Shown in pieces: positions 50,085 to 63,366 of a stretch of DNA of 64,000 bases (position 1 is the first letter of the stretch; each line of letters starts with the position of its first letter). This stretch comes from Felis catus (lineage: Eukaryota): NCBI RefSeq assembly GCF_018350175.1, contig NC_058373.1, forward strand, positions 100,690,001-100,754,000, read 5' to 3'. A program made the translations under genes and the position numbers. The notes beneath the pieces are model-generated. The model was not told the origin of the DNA and made no database searches. It saw only the letters and a program-made list of their open reading frames with translations.

Positions 50085-52258
50085 CTCCCAACAGACAAAA
50101 GTCCAACACCAGATAGCTTTACAGGTGAATTCTACCAAATATTTAAAGAAGAGTTAATAATTGTTCTTTTCAAACTATTCCAAAAAGGAGAGGAAGGAAT
50201 GCTTTTAAATTCATTCTGCAAGGCCAGAATTACTCTGATACCAAAATCAGACCATGCCACTACAAGAAAGGAAAATTCCAGACCAGTATCTTTGATAAAT
50301 ATAGATGCAAAATCTTCAACAAAATATTAGAAAACTGAATTCAAAAATACATTAAAAAGATCATTTACCATGATCAAGTGGAATTCATTCCATGCATTCA
50401 AGAATCATTCAACATCTACAAAGCCATCAATGTGATACACCATACTAACAAAATAAAGTATAAAATTATATGATCATTTCAATAGATGAAGAAAAAGCAT
50501 TTGACGAAATTCAATGTCCATTGATGATAAACAGCTCTCAACAAAGTGGGAATAGAGGAAACATATCTCAACATAATAAAGGTCATATAGCTGAAGGCTC
50601 AGAGCTAACATTATACTCAATGGTGAAAAGCTAAAAACTTTTCCTCTAATATCAGGAAAAAAGACAAGGATGTATACTGTCATTTTTATTCAACATAATA
50701 CTAGAACTTCAAGCCACAGCAATCAGACAAGAAAAAAGTAACCTAAATTGGTAAGGAAGATATACAACTATTTGCAGATGACCTGATACTATATATAGAA
50801 AACCCTAAAGACTCCACCAAGAACCATTAAAACTAACAAATGAATTCAGTAACGTTGCAGGATACAAATTAATATACAGGAAACTGTTGCCTTTTTCATA
50901 CACTAATAATGAACTAACAGAAAGAGAAACTTAAAAAACAATCTCATTTACAACTGCATCCAAAACATAAAGTACCTAGGAATAAACTTAACCAAGGAAG
51001 TGAAAGACCTGTATTCTGAAAACTGCAAGCCACTAATGAAAGAAATAGAAGATGACTCAAATAAATGGAAAGATGCTCATGGATTGAGAGAATTAATATT
51101 GTTAAAATGTCCATATATCCAAAGCAATCTATAGATTCAAAATAATACCTAACAAAATTCCAGTGGCATACTTGATAGAACTTGAATAATTCTAAAATTT
51201 GTATGTAGCCACAAAAGACTCTGAAGAGACAAAGCAATCTTGATAAAGAATAACAAAGCTGGAGTTTTCATAACCTGATTTTTGAACTACACTACAAAGC
51301 TATAGTAATAAAAACAGTATGGTACTGGCACAAAATACAGATACATGGATCAATGAAACAGAATAGAGAGCCCAGAAATAAATCCAGACTTATATGGTCA
51401 ATTATTCTGTGACTTAGAAGGCAAGAGTAAAAATGGGGAAAAAGAGAGCTCTTCAACAAATGGTGCTGGGAAAACTGGACAGCTACATGAAAAACAGTGA
51501 CACTGGACACTTTCTTACACCATACACAAAAATAAACTCAAAATGGATCAAAGAACTAAATGGATGATCTGAAAACATACAAGTCTTAAAAGAAAACATA
51601 GTCAGTAACTCTTAAACATTGGGCTTAGCAGTATTTTTCAGATATGTCTCCCCACATAGAGCAACAAAAGCAAAAATAAGCTATTGAGACTACATCAAAC
51701 TAAAAAGCTTTTGCACAGTAAAGTAAGCCATCAACAAAATGAAAATTCAACCCACTGAATGGAAGAAGATATTTGCAAATCATACCTCCAATAAGGGATT
51801 AATATCCAAAATATGTAAAGAACTTACACAAGTCAACACCAAAACTCCCAAACAATCCAATTCAAAAATGGCCAGAGGAACGAAATAGACATTTTTCTAA
51901 AGAAGACCTGTAGATGGCCAGTAGACACATTCAGAGATGCTCAACATCACTAATCATCAGGCAAATGCAAATCAAAACCACAATGAGGAATTACGTCACA
52001 CCAGTCAGAATGGCTAATGTCAAGAAGACAAGAAATAATACGTGTTGGAAATGATGTGGTGAAATGGGAACCCTTGCGTACTGTTGGTGGGGATGTAAAC
52101 TGGAGCAGCCACTGTGGAAAGCAGCACGGAGGATCTTCAAAAAATTAAAAATAGAGCTACCACATCATCCAGCAATTGCACTTCTAGGTGTTTATCTAAA
52201 GAAAATGAATACACTAATTTAAAAAGACATAACCATTCCTACGTTTATTGCAGCATTA

Positions 52259-52733
52259 CAGCTCACCCTTGAAGAACACGAGTTTGAAGTGTGTGGGTCC
52301 TCTTATATACAGATTTTTTGTGATATAGTACAGTACTATAAATGGATTTTCTCTTTCTTATGAATGTTTAAGTAACATTTTCTTTTCTCCAGCTTGCTTT
52401 ATTGTAAGGATATAGTATATACGATGTAGAACATAAAAAACAGGTGTTCATTGACTGTTTATGTTATCAGTAAGGCTTCCAGTCAACAGTAAGCTATTAT
52501 TAGTTAATTTTTTTTTAAAGTAGGCTTCATGCCCAGCGCAGAGCCCAACATGGGGCTTGGACTCGCAACCCTGAGATCAAGACTGAGCTGAGATCAAGAG
52601 TTGGATGCTTAACCGACTGAGCCACCCAGGCACCCCAGTAGTTAATTTTTTGAGGAGTCAGAAGTTAAATGTGGATTTGCAACTGGGCAGGGAGTTAGCA
52701 CCTCTAACCCCCATGCTATTCAAGGGTCAACTG
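52259..52733. mobile_element. Tigger2-type (TcMar) non-autonomous DNA transposon inside the L1, containing a short Can-SINE (minus, ~52507-52636)
   Basis: TIRs cagctcacccttgaa / ttcaagggtcaactg flanked by a TA duplication. Removing it restores L1 'tttattgcagcatta|tttccgatagtcaagatatg'. Confidence 0.9.
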
Positions 52734-54089
52734 TATTTCCGATAGTCAAGATATGAAAGCAACCTAGGTGTCCATCAGTAGATGAATGAAAATGTGGTAT
52801 GCATACCCAATGGAATATTAGACATAAAGAAGAATGAAACTCGCCATGCATGACGACATGGGTGGACCTACAGAGTATTATGCTAAGTGAAATAAGTCAG
52901 AGAAAGTCAAATACCATATGATTTCACTTACATGTGGAATCTAACAAAACAAAACAAAACAAACTAGAAACAGACTCATAGATACAGAGAACACACTGGT
53001 GGTTGCCAGAGGGGAAGGGTTGGGGTATAGGCAGAATAAGGGAAGGGCTTGAAAAGATATGAACTTCCAGTTATAAAATAAATAAGTAGAGGGGATGAAA
53101 AGTATAACACAGGGAATATAGTCACCTACTATTGCAGTAACTTTGTGCAATGATGGATAGTAACTATGCTTATCGTGGTGAGCATTTTATAATGTATAGA
53201 ATTGTTGATTCACTATGTTGTATACCTGAAAGTATTATAATATTGTGTGTCAACTGTACTTCAATTAAAAATTTATAAAAGTCCCAGCCTCGTAAGTGGC
53301 AAAGTCAGGAACGTAACCTGAGATGACTGTTGAGCCCGTGCTCTTCATCGCCAAGCCATGTGGCCTTTCATTTCATGCCTGGCCTCATTGCCACATGCGG
53401 AAGGAGCCGCTAAGGCCCAGCGAGTTTAAGTGAGTAGCTCAGGTCCAAACTGCCAGGATTTGTCAAAGTCAGATTTTCTGACTCTGACTTCAGTACTCTT
53501 TCAACTTGAAATACCATAAATTAAAGCAAACACTAACTTGGTTATGGGGCAGACAGTCAATATTTTTAGAGTGTTTATAGAAAGGAAGTAATTTTGGCCT
53601 GGCAAAAGAGCAAACTGAAGGTAGTTTTACATTCCTATTTCAAAAAGAATCATTCAAATTGGGAAAATTCCCATGGTGCTGGATCACTCTGTGGGATATT
53701 CAGGGAGAGCAAACCCCTTCTGCTCCCACTCCAGCCCTTTTAAAAGCAAATTTTGTAGAGTATCTTGCCTTCTGAGTGTGTTGCACAGAATCGCTTGGTG
53801 TTTGGCAAGATTTGACTGGCAAGAAAGCGTCTGTGTGGTTAGCCTTGTGTCTGACCCTCACTGGGAGGTTAAGGTCAGTTTTTGTATCTGTGCCCCTATA
53901 TCCCATCTACCTCCATTCTCCCTGGCGTGATAGGAAGTGAAGCCATGAGGAGAGGAGCCAAAGTGGGCTGGACCACACAATGGTTAGAAGGGCTCTGGAG
54001 TCACTCTTCCTGGATTCAACTCCCATGTCCATCATGCTCTGGTGGGTGACCTTGGACTCCATGCCTTAGTTTTCTCATCTGTAAAATGG

Positions 54090-54455
54090 GTGTCTAGGTC
54101 AGTCTGTGCTGCTGTCTAAAGTACTAAAGTACCATAGACTGGGTGGCTTACAAACAATGGAAATTTATTTCTTAGTTCTGGACACTGAAGACCAAGGTCA
54201 GGGTGCCAGCATGATCAGGTCCTAGTGAAAACTCTCTTTCAAGTTGTAGACTGCTGACTTCTCATTGTATCCTCACGTGGCAGAAAGAGAGAGAACTCTC
54301 TGGTGTCCTTTTATAAGGGCACTAATCCTGTTCAGGAGAACTCTACCCTCATGACATAATTACCTCCCTAAGGCCCTACTTGTTAATACCATCACATTGG
54401 GGGTTAGGATTTCAACATATGAAATTTGGGGGATGCAAACATTCAGTCCATTGCA
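54090..54455 (-). mobile_element. MaLR solo LTR (MLT1A-like) inserted in a MIR
   Basis: TG...CA ends, 'accatagactgggtggcttacaaacaatggaaatttattt', and 5-bp TSD atgg(g/a). MIR halves flank it. Confidence 0.85.
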
Positions 54456-55805
54456 ATGGAGAATAAGAGTTTTGCCTTATGTGGATTGACAGGCTTATAC
54501 ACTGAAGGTATAGCCTTCGAAATGATTCACACTAAGTGCTCTGTAGAATTTAGCTACGGTTATTAAAGAAAATATCTGAAGGGACAGAGTGTCTAAGTAA
54601 AGAAAAGCAACACAGTCTTCTTGCTTGTTGTGAACCGTTTAGTCATATTTTCACCAGTGTCTGCTAACACTGAATTTGGCTTAGCAATAGTGATTTGAAG
54701 GAACCAGTCGGGAAGAAGCTTTTGAAGAACTAGGCTCAAGTCTGAGGTACAGAATTTGACTTTAGAGTTCCTGAGGAGCAGCAGGATCCTTGGGTGGCAC
54801 AGCTCATTAAAAGTAGCTTATGACCACTCTTCCCTCATTCTTAGAAAAAGTCGACAGGTGCCTCTCGGGAAATGTTTCACACTAACCTGTTTTTAATTAT
54901 TTTCTCCTCACTTTCATGCATTTCTGCTCCCAATTAAGAAAAAAATCCTCCTGCGGCCATTTGATTTCACCACAGGTTTTTTTTGTGTGTGTGTTGGGGG
55001 GTGGTGGTGACAGGCTAGTTCATTCCATATCCTTAGTCAGTGGTGATAAGCCAGATGCTTTTCAAGGTGAAAAAAGGAGAGACCAAGGCTCTGTGTCCAC
55101 CTCCCCCTCCTCCCAGTTATGTGGTCTCTCACCCCCTGGGTGCCCTGGAGGCACATGACTCCAGGCTGTGAACATCCAGGAAACAGGGTGTTCATGGGGC
55201 CCAAGAGGCTGCAGACAAGAAGGAGTAAGTCACATAAGGCCAAGAAGGCTGGTGTGAGAGGCAGGCTGGAAGGACGTGAGTGATGGAGCCCCAGCGTTTG
55301 GTCTGAGAGGTGGCTGAAAGGCTGGGCTACTGACAAGAACAACATAGTGCAGTCTGTACTGGAGCCTCGCCATGGGAATGTGGCTGAATCCCAACAGGCC
55401 TTCCGGGTCCATTCCCCATCTCACATCGATTTCTGGAGACACAGGCCCAAGTGCCTTCGTCGAATTTCGCGCTGGCTGTTGGGAGTTAACAGCAGTTCAG
55501 AGTCTGAGCTCTTTCTTCTGTTTCCTTCCTGAGCTCATCATCGTGATCCAACCAGATCAGTTACTCCTGTTTTTCAAGCGTATAAATAAAATATGAATAA
55601 GCTTGCTGCTGAAAGAGCACTGGATTGAGGGGCAGGAGCTCTGGCACTGTCCCCAGTCATGTGATCCTGGTGTCACTGTAGTGGAAGCCATGGTGCATCA
55701 ACCAGATTCACCTCTGAGGACTGATGCCCCATTTCCCTAACTGTTGGGAGTAGCGGCTGTTCCTGACAAATGAATCCATCTGTAAGAATTGCCCTTGGCC
55801 TAAGG

Positions 55806-56005
55806 CAGTGGCTCTTAATGGGGGCAATTTTGCATCCATTTGGTAATGTCTGGAGACATTTTTTGGTTGTCCCAATTGAAGGATGGGGTGCTACTGGCAT
55901 CTGGTGAGTACAGGCCAGGGATGCTGCTAGACATCCTACAAGCATCCTTCTAGGATAGAATCAACTACCCTAGAATTTCAATAGTGATCAGGTTGAGAAA
56001 TGCTG
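55806..56005. mobile_element. MER20 (hAT-Charlie) DNA transposon
   Basis: 'cagtggctcttaa...ggtaatgtctggagacatttt...ggtgctactggcatct...ggccagggatgctgcta...ggttgagaaatgctg'. 8-bp TSD (g/c)cctaagg. Confidence 0.88.
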
Positions 56006-56029
56006 CCCTAAGGGAGCCACCTTACCCAA

Positions 56030-56690
56030 GATAAACCCCATCCCCAGAGGTGTCCTGCAACCTATAACAGCTTTATGATTGGGTACATAGTTCTGGCCCC
56101 TTGCTTCCATTTAGGACCAATTCAAAAAACCATCCCAGCTCTGGAGCTCTTTGTGGGATTGGTTGAGGTCTTTGCTGTGACTGCATCACAGTTGAACATC
56201 TGCTCAGTCCTGCTGATTCCCTGAGGCTATAGACTATTTGTACCCACACCTCCTCCCTAAGTTCGTATGTTGAAACATAAAGATCAATATGATGGCATTA
56301 GGAGATGGGGCCTTTGAGAGGTGCTTAGGTCGTGAGCATAGAACCCTCATAAGTGGGATTAATGCTCCTGTAAGAGACCACACAGAGCTCCCTAGTCCCT
56401 TCTATCATGTGAGGACACAGCAAACAATAGCTGCCTATGAATGAGGAAGTGGGCTCTCACCAGACATTGAATCTGCCAGCACCTTGATTTCAGACTTCCC
56501 AGCCTCCAGAACTATGAGAAATAATTCTTGTTTATAAGACACCGTTTGTGGTATTTTGTCCTAGCCACCCAGACTAAGACCTCTCACAGCTGATGAGAAA
56601 CACTTCCCCATAAGTCTCTTGTACACAATCTCCATCTCAGAGTCCATTTCCCAGGGTGCTCAAACTAAGACAGTTGGTGTCAAAAGCAAT
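56030..56690 (+). mobile_element. Old ERVL LTR (LTR16-like) with a PBS remnant, interrupted by an MLT1A-like LTR (~56225-56580)
   Basis: 'ctccatctcagagtccatttcccaggg...aactaagaca' is followed by 'gttggtgtcaaaag' (PBS-Leu-like). The insert carries 'gatggggcctttgagaggtg...gacttcccagcctccagaactatgaga'. Confidence 0.65.
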
Positions 56691-56764
56691 CCTCAGAAGC
56701 AGCCTTCTTGCTACTTGTTAAAACCGAGGCAGATTTCATTTCACTTATCAACTTCTATTAGTAA

Positions 56765-57185
56765 TGTGTGACAGAAATTGCTAGCTGTATCCAATGCCTC
56801 TTCTCCCATTGTTACGTAATACACATTTTATTAGGACCTGTGTTACCTACGCGTTAGTTAGGCTTGGTAACATGACTATATTCTGACCAATGGGAGGTAA
56901 GTTGTTCTGATGTGTGCAACCTCTGGGTTGGCCAATTATGGTAAAGGATAATGTCTTCCCTTTCTATTTTTCTCTTTCTATTGGCTGGACCACAGATGAA
57001 ATGGTAGAGGTGGGAACAGTCATCATAAAAGTCTCATGTTGAGGGTGTCAAAACAGCAAAATAGAAAGACGAGGGTCCCTGATGACTACAGTGTCATCAT
57101 ACAACCTATGGTTTTCTTGTTTAAGTTGCTGTGTTTTAGAACTCTCTTTTATTGCAATCAAACCAGTATGTAATCTATATACATC
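56765..57185 (+). mobile_element. Old MLT1-type LTR
   Basis: 'catgactatattctgaccaatgggaggtaag...gggtccctgatgact...ttgtttaagttgctgtgttt'. Confidence 0.6.
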
Positions 57186-57609
57186 CTTAGCATGATAAAA
57201 TGATGATAAAAGCCATAAAATATGCATTATTTTTGGTAATGAGTTTCATTAATCATATTTTAAATTTCCATTCTCAAGACCAACCACATAATTTTATGAT
57301 TCATTCCCTACTGTCTACACAGTAGTTCTAACCTATAATAGAGAGTGGGGTTGGGAGTGAGGGTAAGTATATCAGAATCCCCTAAAGAATTGTTTCAAGA
57401 ACACACATACTCTGGTCTCTCTTCCACAGAGATTATAACATACCCTGGGGGTGGAGTATGTTTTGGGCATGTGTTTTAAAAACTTAGGACAGAGTACAAA
57501 ACTGATGTGTCATCTTGCCCTTATATAGGAAGCACAGAACAGGAGCTCAATAAATGTCTTTTAAATAAATGAAATTTCTGGGGTTGGAGGTACACTACAT
57601 ACTATGAAA

Positions 57610-57818
57610 CTTTTTTTTTAATGTTTATTAATTTTTGAGAGACAGAGACAAAGTGCAAGTGGCGGAGGTTCAGAGAGAGGGAGACACAGAATCTGAAACA
57701 GGCTCCAGGCTCTGAGCTGTCAGCATAGAGCCCAATGCAGGACTTGAACCCACGAACTGTGAGATCATGACCTGAGCGGAAGTCAGATGCTTAGCCAACT
57801 GAGCCACCCAGGTGCCCC
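57610..57818 (-). mobile_element. Can-SINE
   Basis: Full SINEC body. Confidence 0.94.
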
Positions 57819-58141
57819 TCCCCACTTTTTTTAAATTGTAAAGCTAACAGCCCCTCATGAGAACTCAGAAGGCAGGCCTATATTCCAAGGCCATAAGGAT
57901 ATAAAGCCTAGCAGATTTGTGAGTATCCAAGAGATAAAGAAAAAAGAAGAGCATTCTAGATAGAACTCCCCCACTTTTAACAGATAATATTTTTAAATGG
58001 CATTTGAAGCCTAAAATTCCTCAGTGAGATTCAGTTGTATTAAAATAGGGAGGTGATATTGTAGGCAGACATTGTAGGTATGTTGGGTAACCCTACCATT
58101 TTGGCCAAAGATTCACTGGGTACTTATATATAATATTTATA

Positions 58142-58365
58142 GGGGCGACAGTGTGGCTCAGTTGGTTAAGCATCCGACTTCGGCATAGGTCATGATCTCA
58201 TGGTTTGCGAGTTCAAGCCCCGTATCGGGCTCTGTGCTGACAGCTCAGAGCCTGGAGCCTGCTTCGGATTCTGTGTCTCCCTCTTTCTCTACCCCTCCCC
58301 TGCTTGTGTGCTCGAAATCTCGCTCTCTCTCTCTCTTTCAAAAATAAACATTAAAATAATTAAAA
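58142..58365 (+). mobile_element. Can-SINE
   Basis: TSD aatattta(t/c)ag. Confidence 0.94.
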
Positions 58366-58713
58366 AATATTTACAGGTGGGTGACATTTGGCTATAACTT
58401 TTATAGCTTATAATTCTCCTCACGGACTCTAGAGTAGAAGTGTCAATACATATTGATTAAATAGTTGTGTCTAGATATTTCAAATAGAAATGTAAATCCA
58501 GATTGGGAAGTAATAAGAATCCTACTGTGACACAGAATTTTACTTATAGAATTAGGTAGGGGGGTGGGATGATACTGATAAAGGCGAGAATTCTGCTCCA
58601 GTTCTCAGGTGTCCTTTTGCCTCTGCTATTGGTGCCCCTCACAGAATTTGTGTGAGGGCTCCTCTATTGTTTCACCAAGGAGAGACCAAGAATCCCTCAG
58701 CCTACAGCTATAG

Positions 58714-59199
58714 TGTAGGGAAAGAACCCTCTTTCTTCTACTCTCTTAGATTCAGTCACTGGGGCCTTACAAGTGAAACTGACAAGAGACAAAAAAAAAA
58801 AAAAAGGCAACAGTTTATTTACATGCACAACATGCATACACCTGGAAGAAATCCAATGATGAGCAATTCAAAGGGGTGGTTAGACCCTGGGGGTTATATA
58901 CCATTTTAACAAAGAGCAATTGTGGAGGAGTGATAAGAGAAAGCAAAAGGCATTTGGGCCCTGAGGGGTAGCCAACCTTGGAAAGGTGAGGATAGGGGGA
59001 AACTAATGGAAGATGTGGGTTATTTAGTAACGTTTCTCAGGTAGATTCCTCTAAGTGCTGTCTGTGGGTTAAGAGTCTAGAGTCTCTGGTGATTAAGAAT
59101 TCTGCTTTTCCTGCTATGAGAGAGGAGAATGTGGAACAATTCATAAAGGGAAATTTATGTCCTGCTTTTAGGCAAATGATGGGGGGGGGAGGGCTGAGT

Positions 59200-59245
<46 letters not shown>

Positions 59246-59295
59246 TGCTCAAACTAATCCTCATGCCAAAGTGGCATATTCTTATCCTCTTCACA
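58714..59295 (-). mobile_element. ERV1 solo LTR (MER34-like) with internal (TG)n
   Basis: TG...CA ends. Shares 'agggggaaactaatgg' and 'aagggaaattta...cctg.ttttaggcaaatg' with 61741-62270. Confidence 0.7.
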
Positions 59296-59399
59296 GCCTG
59301 TGGGGCAGGAGATAGATGGAAACCTGGGTATTTTGTTACCTTTAGAATTTGGGTGTGTCCTTCCTTAACTTCATCCTGCTACGTTGTTCTTAGGCTTTT

Positions 59400-59846
59400 A
59401 CTTTTCTTTAAAAAAAAAATTTTTTTTTAACGTTTATTTATTTTTGAGACAGAGAGAGACAGAGTATGAACGGGGGAGGGGCAGAGAGAGAGGGAGACAC
59501 AGAACTGGAAGCAGGCTCCAGGCTCTGAGCCATCAGCCCAGAGCCTGACGTGGGGCTCGAACTCACGGACCGCGAGATCGTGACCTGGCTGAAGTCAGAC
59601 GCTTAACCGACTGCGCCACCCAGGCGCCCCTAAAAAAAAAAATTTTTAATGTTTATTTATTTTTGAGAGAGAGACAGAGTGCAAGCAGGGGAGGGGCAAA
59701 CAGAGAGGGAGACATAGAATCCCAAGCAGTCTTCAGGCTCTGAGCTATCAGCACAGAGCCTGCTGTGGGGCTCGAATTCACAAACTGTGAGATCATGACC
59801 TGAGCTAAAGTCAGATGCTTAACCTACTGAGCCACCCAAGTTCCCC
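59400..59846 (-). mobile_element. Nested Can-SINE pair: young SINEC_Fc (~59420-59630) in the tail of an older SINE
   Basis: Outer TSD gttcttagg(c/t)tttt and inner TSD taaaaaaaaaa(a)tttt. Confidence 0.95.
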
Positions 59847-60259
59847 GTTCTTAGGTTTTTTCTTGACCCTATGGGATCCCCCCTAGGCTCTCTGTTACTC
59901 ACAAACATTTAGCTTCATCTCTTCCTGCTAACACTCTCAATCTTTCAGTATTTGAATAAGTTCAAGAATCTTAAGGAAGCTGGCTCATCTTTGTGCACAA
60001 GTCTAAGTCAAAGAACCCTAAATCCCATTAATTAATTGCCCCTGGGTCAGTGATCACCTGCCCAAGGATCACCCCCTTACCCCACATCCCACCAGCCATT
60101 TACCTGATTATGGGCCAAAGGTAGGGAACTATTAGCTTAGTAGAGGAAGGTGGACACTTCTAATGATTTGGGCAATTCCCACAGAAAGGCATTCTTAGTT
60201 TTCAGAAATCGAACTCCACTGTGTCTTAGAGAAAACTATTTATTAAAAGGTCTGCCTTG

Positions 60260-60486
60260 TGGGGCAGCCACTCTGGAAAACGGTATGGAAGTTCGTCAAA
60301 AAATTAAAAAGAGAACTACCCTACAACCCAGCAATACCACTACTAGGTATTTATCCAAAGGATATAAAAATGCTGATTTGAAGGGACACACACACCCCAA
60401 TGTTTATAGCAGCACTATCAACAATAGCCAAATTATGGAAAGAGCCCAAGTGTCCATCAACTGACGAATGGATAAAGAAGATGTGG

Positions 60487-60539
<53 letters not shown>

Positions 60540-60936
60540 GACTATTACTCAGCAATCAAAAAGAATGAAATCTTGCGATTTGCAACAATGTGGATGGAAC
60601 TAGAGTGTATTATGCTAAGCAAAATAAGTTAGAGAAAGACAAATATTATATGATTTCAGTCAGTCATATGTGGAATTTAAGAAACAAAACAGATGAACAT
60701 AGGGGAAGGGAAGGAAAAATAAGATAAAAAAGAGGGAGGCAAACTATAAGAGACTCTTAAATATAGTCTGAGGGCTGCTGACGGGATATTGGGTGGGGGG
60801 ATGGGCTACATGGGTGATGGGCATTAGGGAGGGCACTTGGGATGAGCACTGGGTGTTGTATATAAGGAATGGATCACTAAATTCTACTCCTGAAATGATT
60901 ATTACACTATATGTTAACTAACTTGGATTTTAAAAT

Positions 60937-60985
<49 letters not shown>

Positions 60986-60987
60986 AA
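60260..60987 (+). mobile_element. 5'-truncated L1 with internal (CA)n and a (GATA)n tail
   Basis: ORF2 C-terminus (MFIAALSTIAKLWKEPKCPSTDEWIKKMW). 16-bp TSD taaaaggtc(t/c)gccttg (60244-60259 and 60988-61003). Confidence 0.95.
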
Positions 60988-61740
60988 TAAAAGGTCCGCC
61001 TTGAAAGTTATATGCAGTTCTATAAGAGGTGTGTAAAAGTTGTTCTTTAATTTGGTTGTAGATGGCCTTTGTTGATTTTGCATGTATTTATTGACTTTGA
61101 AGGAGGTTTAGATATAAATTCCAGACTTCTGTAATGTATGCAGAAATCCTAGGAGGGAAAGCAAAGTCAGTCAGGCTTTTAGTGAAATGTTCAATGGGAA
61201 GGGTATCAGAGTTAAGAAATAACATATTTTAGGGATAATGAGAGTAGTCTCGTGAAGTTATTGCAGTAACTAAATGAGGCAACCCATTTAACTCGCCTGT
61301 CATTTAATAGATGAACAGTACATGGTGGTGGTTTATTCCTTGTGGGATCAAAAGACTTAGAAATTTTGAAAGCATTTATCCTGGAATGGTTTGGTTTTAT
61401 CTCTTTCATTGCTTTTCCTGGTCAATTTCTGCCATGAAAAAGTATAATTTCTCCTATCATTGAGACATGAATATCCAATATTCAAATCCAAAATCCAAAA
61501 GAAGCCTCAACATTCTAAAAGCTTTTAATTTGCCCTTAGGTACTTTGCCTGTATCACTAGAAGCTTTCACCGGATGATTAGTGAGGGCTCATTAAATTAT
61601 TTTAAGCATAGATAGTAGGTGCAAGCTTGAATACAACTGGGAATAAACATACTTATGTATTTAGCAAAAAAAAAAAAACTTGTGCAAGCCTAACCTTACC
61701 TTGTATTTTGAAATTGCACAATTCAGAATATCATGTGAGT

Positions 61741-62270
61741 TGAGGGGAGAAAAAGTATCTTTTCCTCTATCCTCTTAGGTTCAATTAATGAGGCCCGCAA
61801 ATTAAACGGACAAAATATAGAATAACAGGAGAGAAGAAGATACACAAACATTATTTTTAATTTTATACACACAGGGTCTCCACAGAAAAGAAGTGAAAAC
61901 TGAAGGAGGCAGTTAGACCTGGAGTTTTATGTACCATTTAGCAAAGAGTGATATATTGTGGAGAAATGACTAGACAAAGGTAAAGGGGTTTGGGCTTCTA
62001 GGGGAAGTAAATTATGGGAAGGTAGATACAGGGGGAAACTAATGGTAGAGAAGGGTTATTCAGTAAGGCTTGTTTATGCAGACTCATCTCAGTGTCATCT
62101 CCCATCTCTGGGATAGGGTTATTGTCATATCTCCATCTCTACCTCCTAGGGAGAGAAAGACACCTTCACAAGGGAAATTTATCACCTGTTTTTAGGCAAA
62201 TGGGGGAGGGCAGAGAGCTCAACCTGTGCCTGCTATCCCTCAATTACCTTCAGCCTAAAATATCCTTATT
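61741..62270 (-). mobile_element. ERV1 solo LTR (MER34-like), truncated at the adjoining L1
   Basis: Homologous to 58714-59295 but clearly diverged. Confidence 0.7.
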
Positions 62271-62271
62271 C

Positions 62272-63215
62272 CTCCTGAATTCGAGAAGATATTTTCAAAC
62301 CATATATCTGATAAAGGATTAATACCCACAATATATAAAGAAGGCATACCACTCATCAATAAAATGCCTAAATAATCCAATTAAAAATGGGCAGAAGATC
62401 TGAATATATATTTTCCCAAAGAAGACATACAAGTGGCTAACAGGCACATGAAAAGATGCTCATCATCACTAATAATCAGGGAAATGCAAATCAAAACCAC
62501 AATGAGATATCACCCTCATACCTGTCAGAATGGCTATTATTAAAAAGACCCAAAAACAGCAAGTTTTGGAGAGAATGTGGAGAAATGAGAACCCTCATAT
62601 ACTAGTATATGGTGAGATTGTAAATTGGTTGCAGCCACTGTGGAAAACAGTATGGTGATTCCTCAAAAAATTAAGAATACCAACATGATCCAGCTACTCT
62701 ACTTTGGAGTATTTATCTGAAGAATATGAAAATACTACTTTGAAAAGACATATGCACCATTATGTTTACTATAGCATTACTTACAATAGTCAAGATATGG
62801 AAGCAACCTAAGTGTTCATGGATAAATGAATGGATAAAGAAGATGTGGTATATTTATACAATGGAACACTACTCAGGCATAAAAAATAATGGGATCTTGA
62901 CATTTGTGATAACACAGATGGACCTTAAGGATATTGTGCTAAGTGAAAGACAAATATCAGTGATTTCACTCATATGTGGAACGTAAAAAAAAACAACCCA
63001 ATACAAACATAAAAAAGAACAAAATCAAACAAAATCAAACTCATAGAGAATAGATTAGTGATTACAAGAGGGGAAGGGGGTTGAGTGAAATGGGTAAAGG
63101 GAGTCAATTGTATGTTAATGGATGGTAACTAGACTTGTGTTGGTAATCACTTTGTATTATGTACAGATGTTGAAATTATAAAGCTCTACACCTGAGATGT
63201 ATGTAAGAAAAAAAT
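62272..63215 (+). mobile_element. 5'-truncated L1 (ORF2 C-terminus plus 3'UTR)
   Basis: 'gggaaatgcaaatcaaaaccacaatgagatatcac' and translated WKQPKCSWINEWIKKMWYIYTMEHYS. Confidence 0.92.
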
Positions 63216-63224
63216 TAAGGATTC

Positions 63225-63366
63225 TTGTTCTAGTGATATAAAATTTGGAAATACATAGTGGTCATGGTTGTACAACATTGTGAGTGTAATTAATGCCATG
63301 GAATTATACACTTAAAAATAGTTAAAATGGAAAATTTTATCTTCACATATTTTACAATAAAAAAAG
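63225..63366 (+). mobile_element. Older L1 (L1MB-like) extreme 3' end
   Basis: 'atagtggtcatggttgtacaacattgtgagtgtaattaatgcc...acacttaaaaatagttaaaatgg' followed by an A tail. Confidence 0.75.

Larger units (their letters stand above)
46526..53279 (+). mobile_element. Near-full-length carnivore L1, inactive, with internal deletions
   Basis: 5'UTR, ORF1 remnants (~47650-48540), ORF2 from 49007 (MSISTYLSIITLNV; FADD motif at ~50770), 3'UTR. About 500 bp of the endonuclease region is missing at ~49262 relative to the first L1. Confidence 0.95.

Noticed and set aside
17767..63366. Plus-strand bias of younger L1s as evidence for a minus-strand host gene
   Set aside because: The ERV1 LTRs and most old L1 fragments point the other way and the counts are small, so no host-gene orientation can be inferred.
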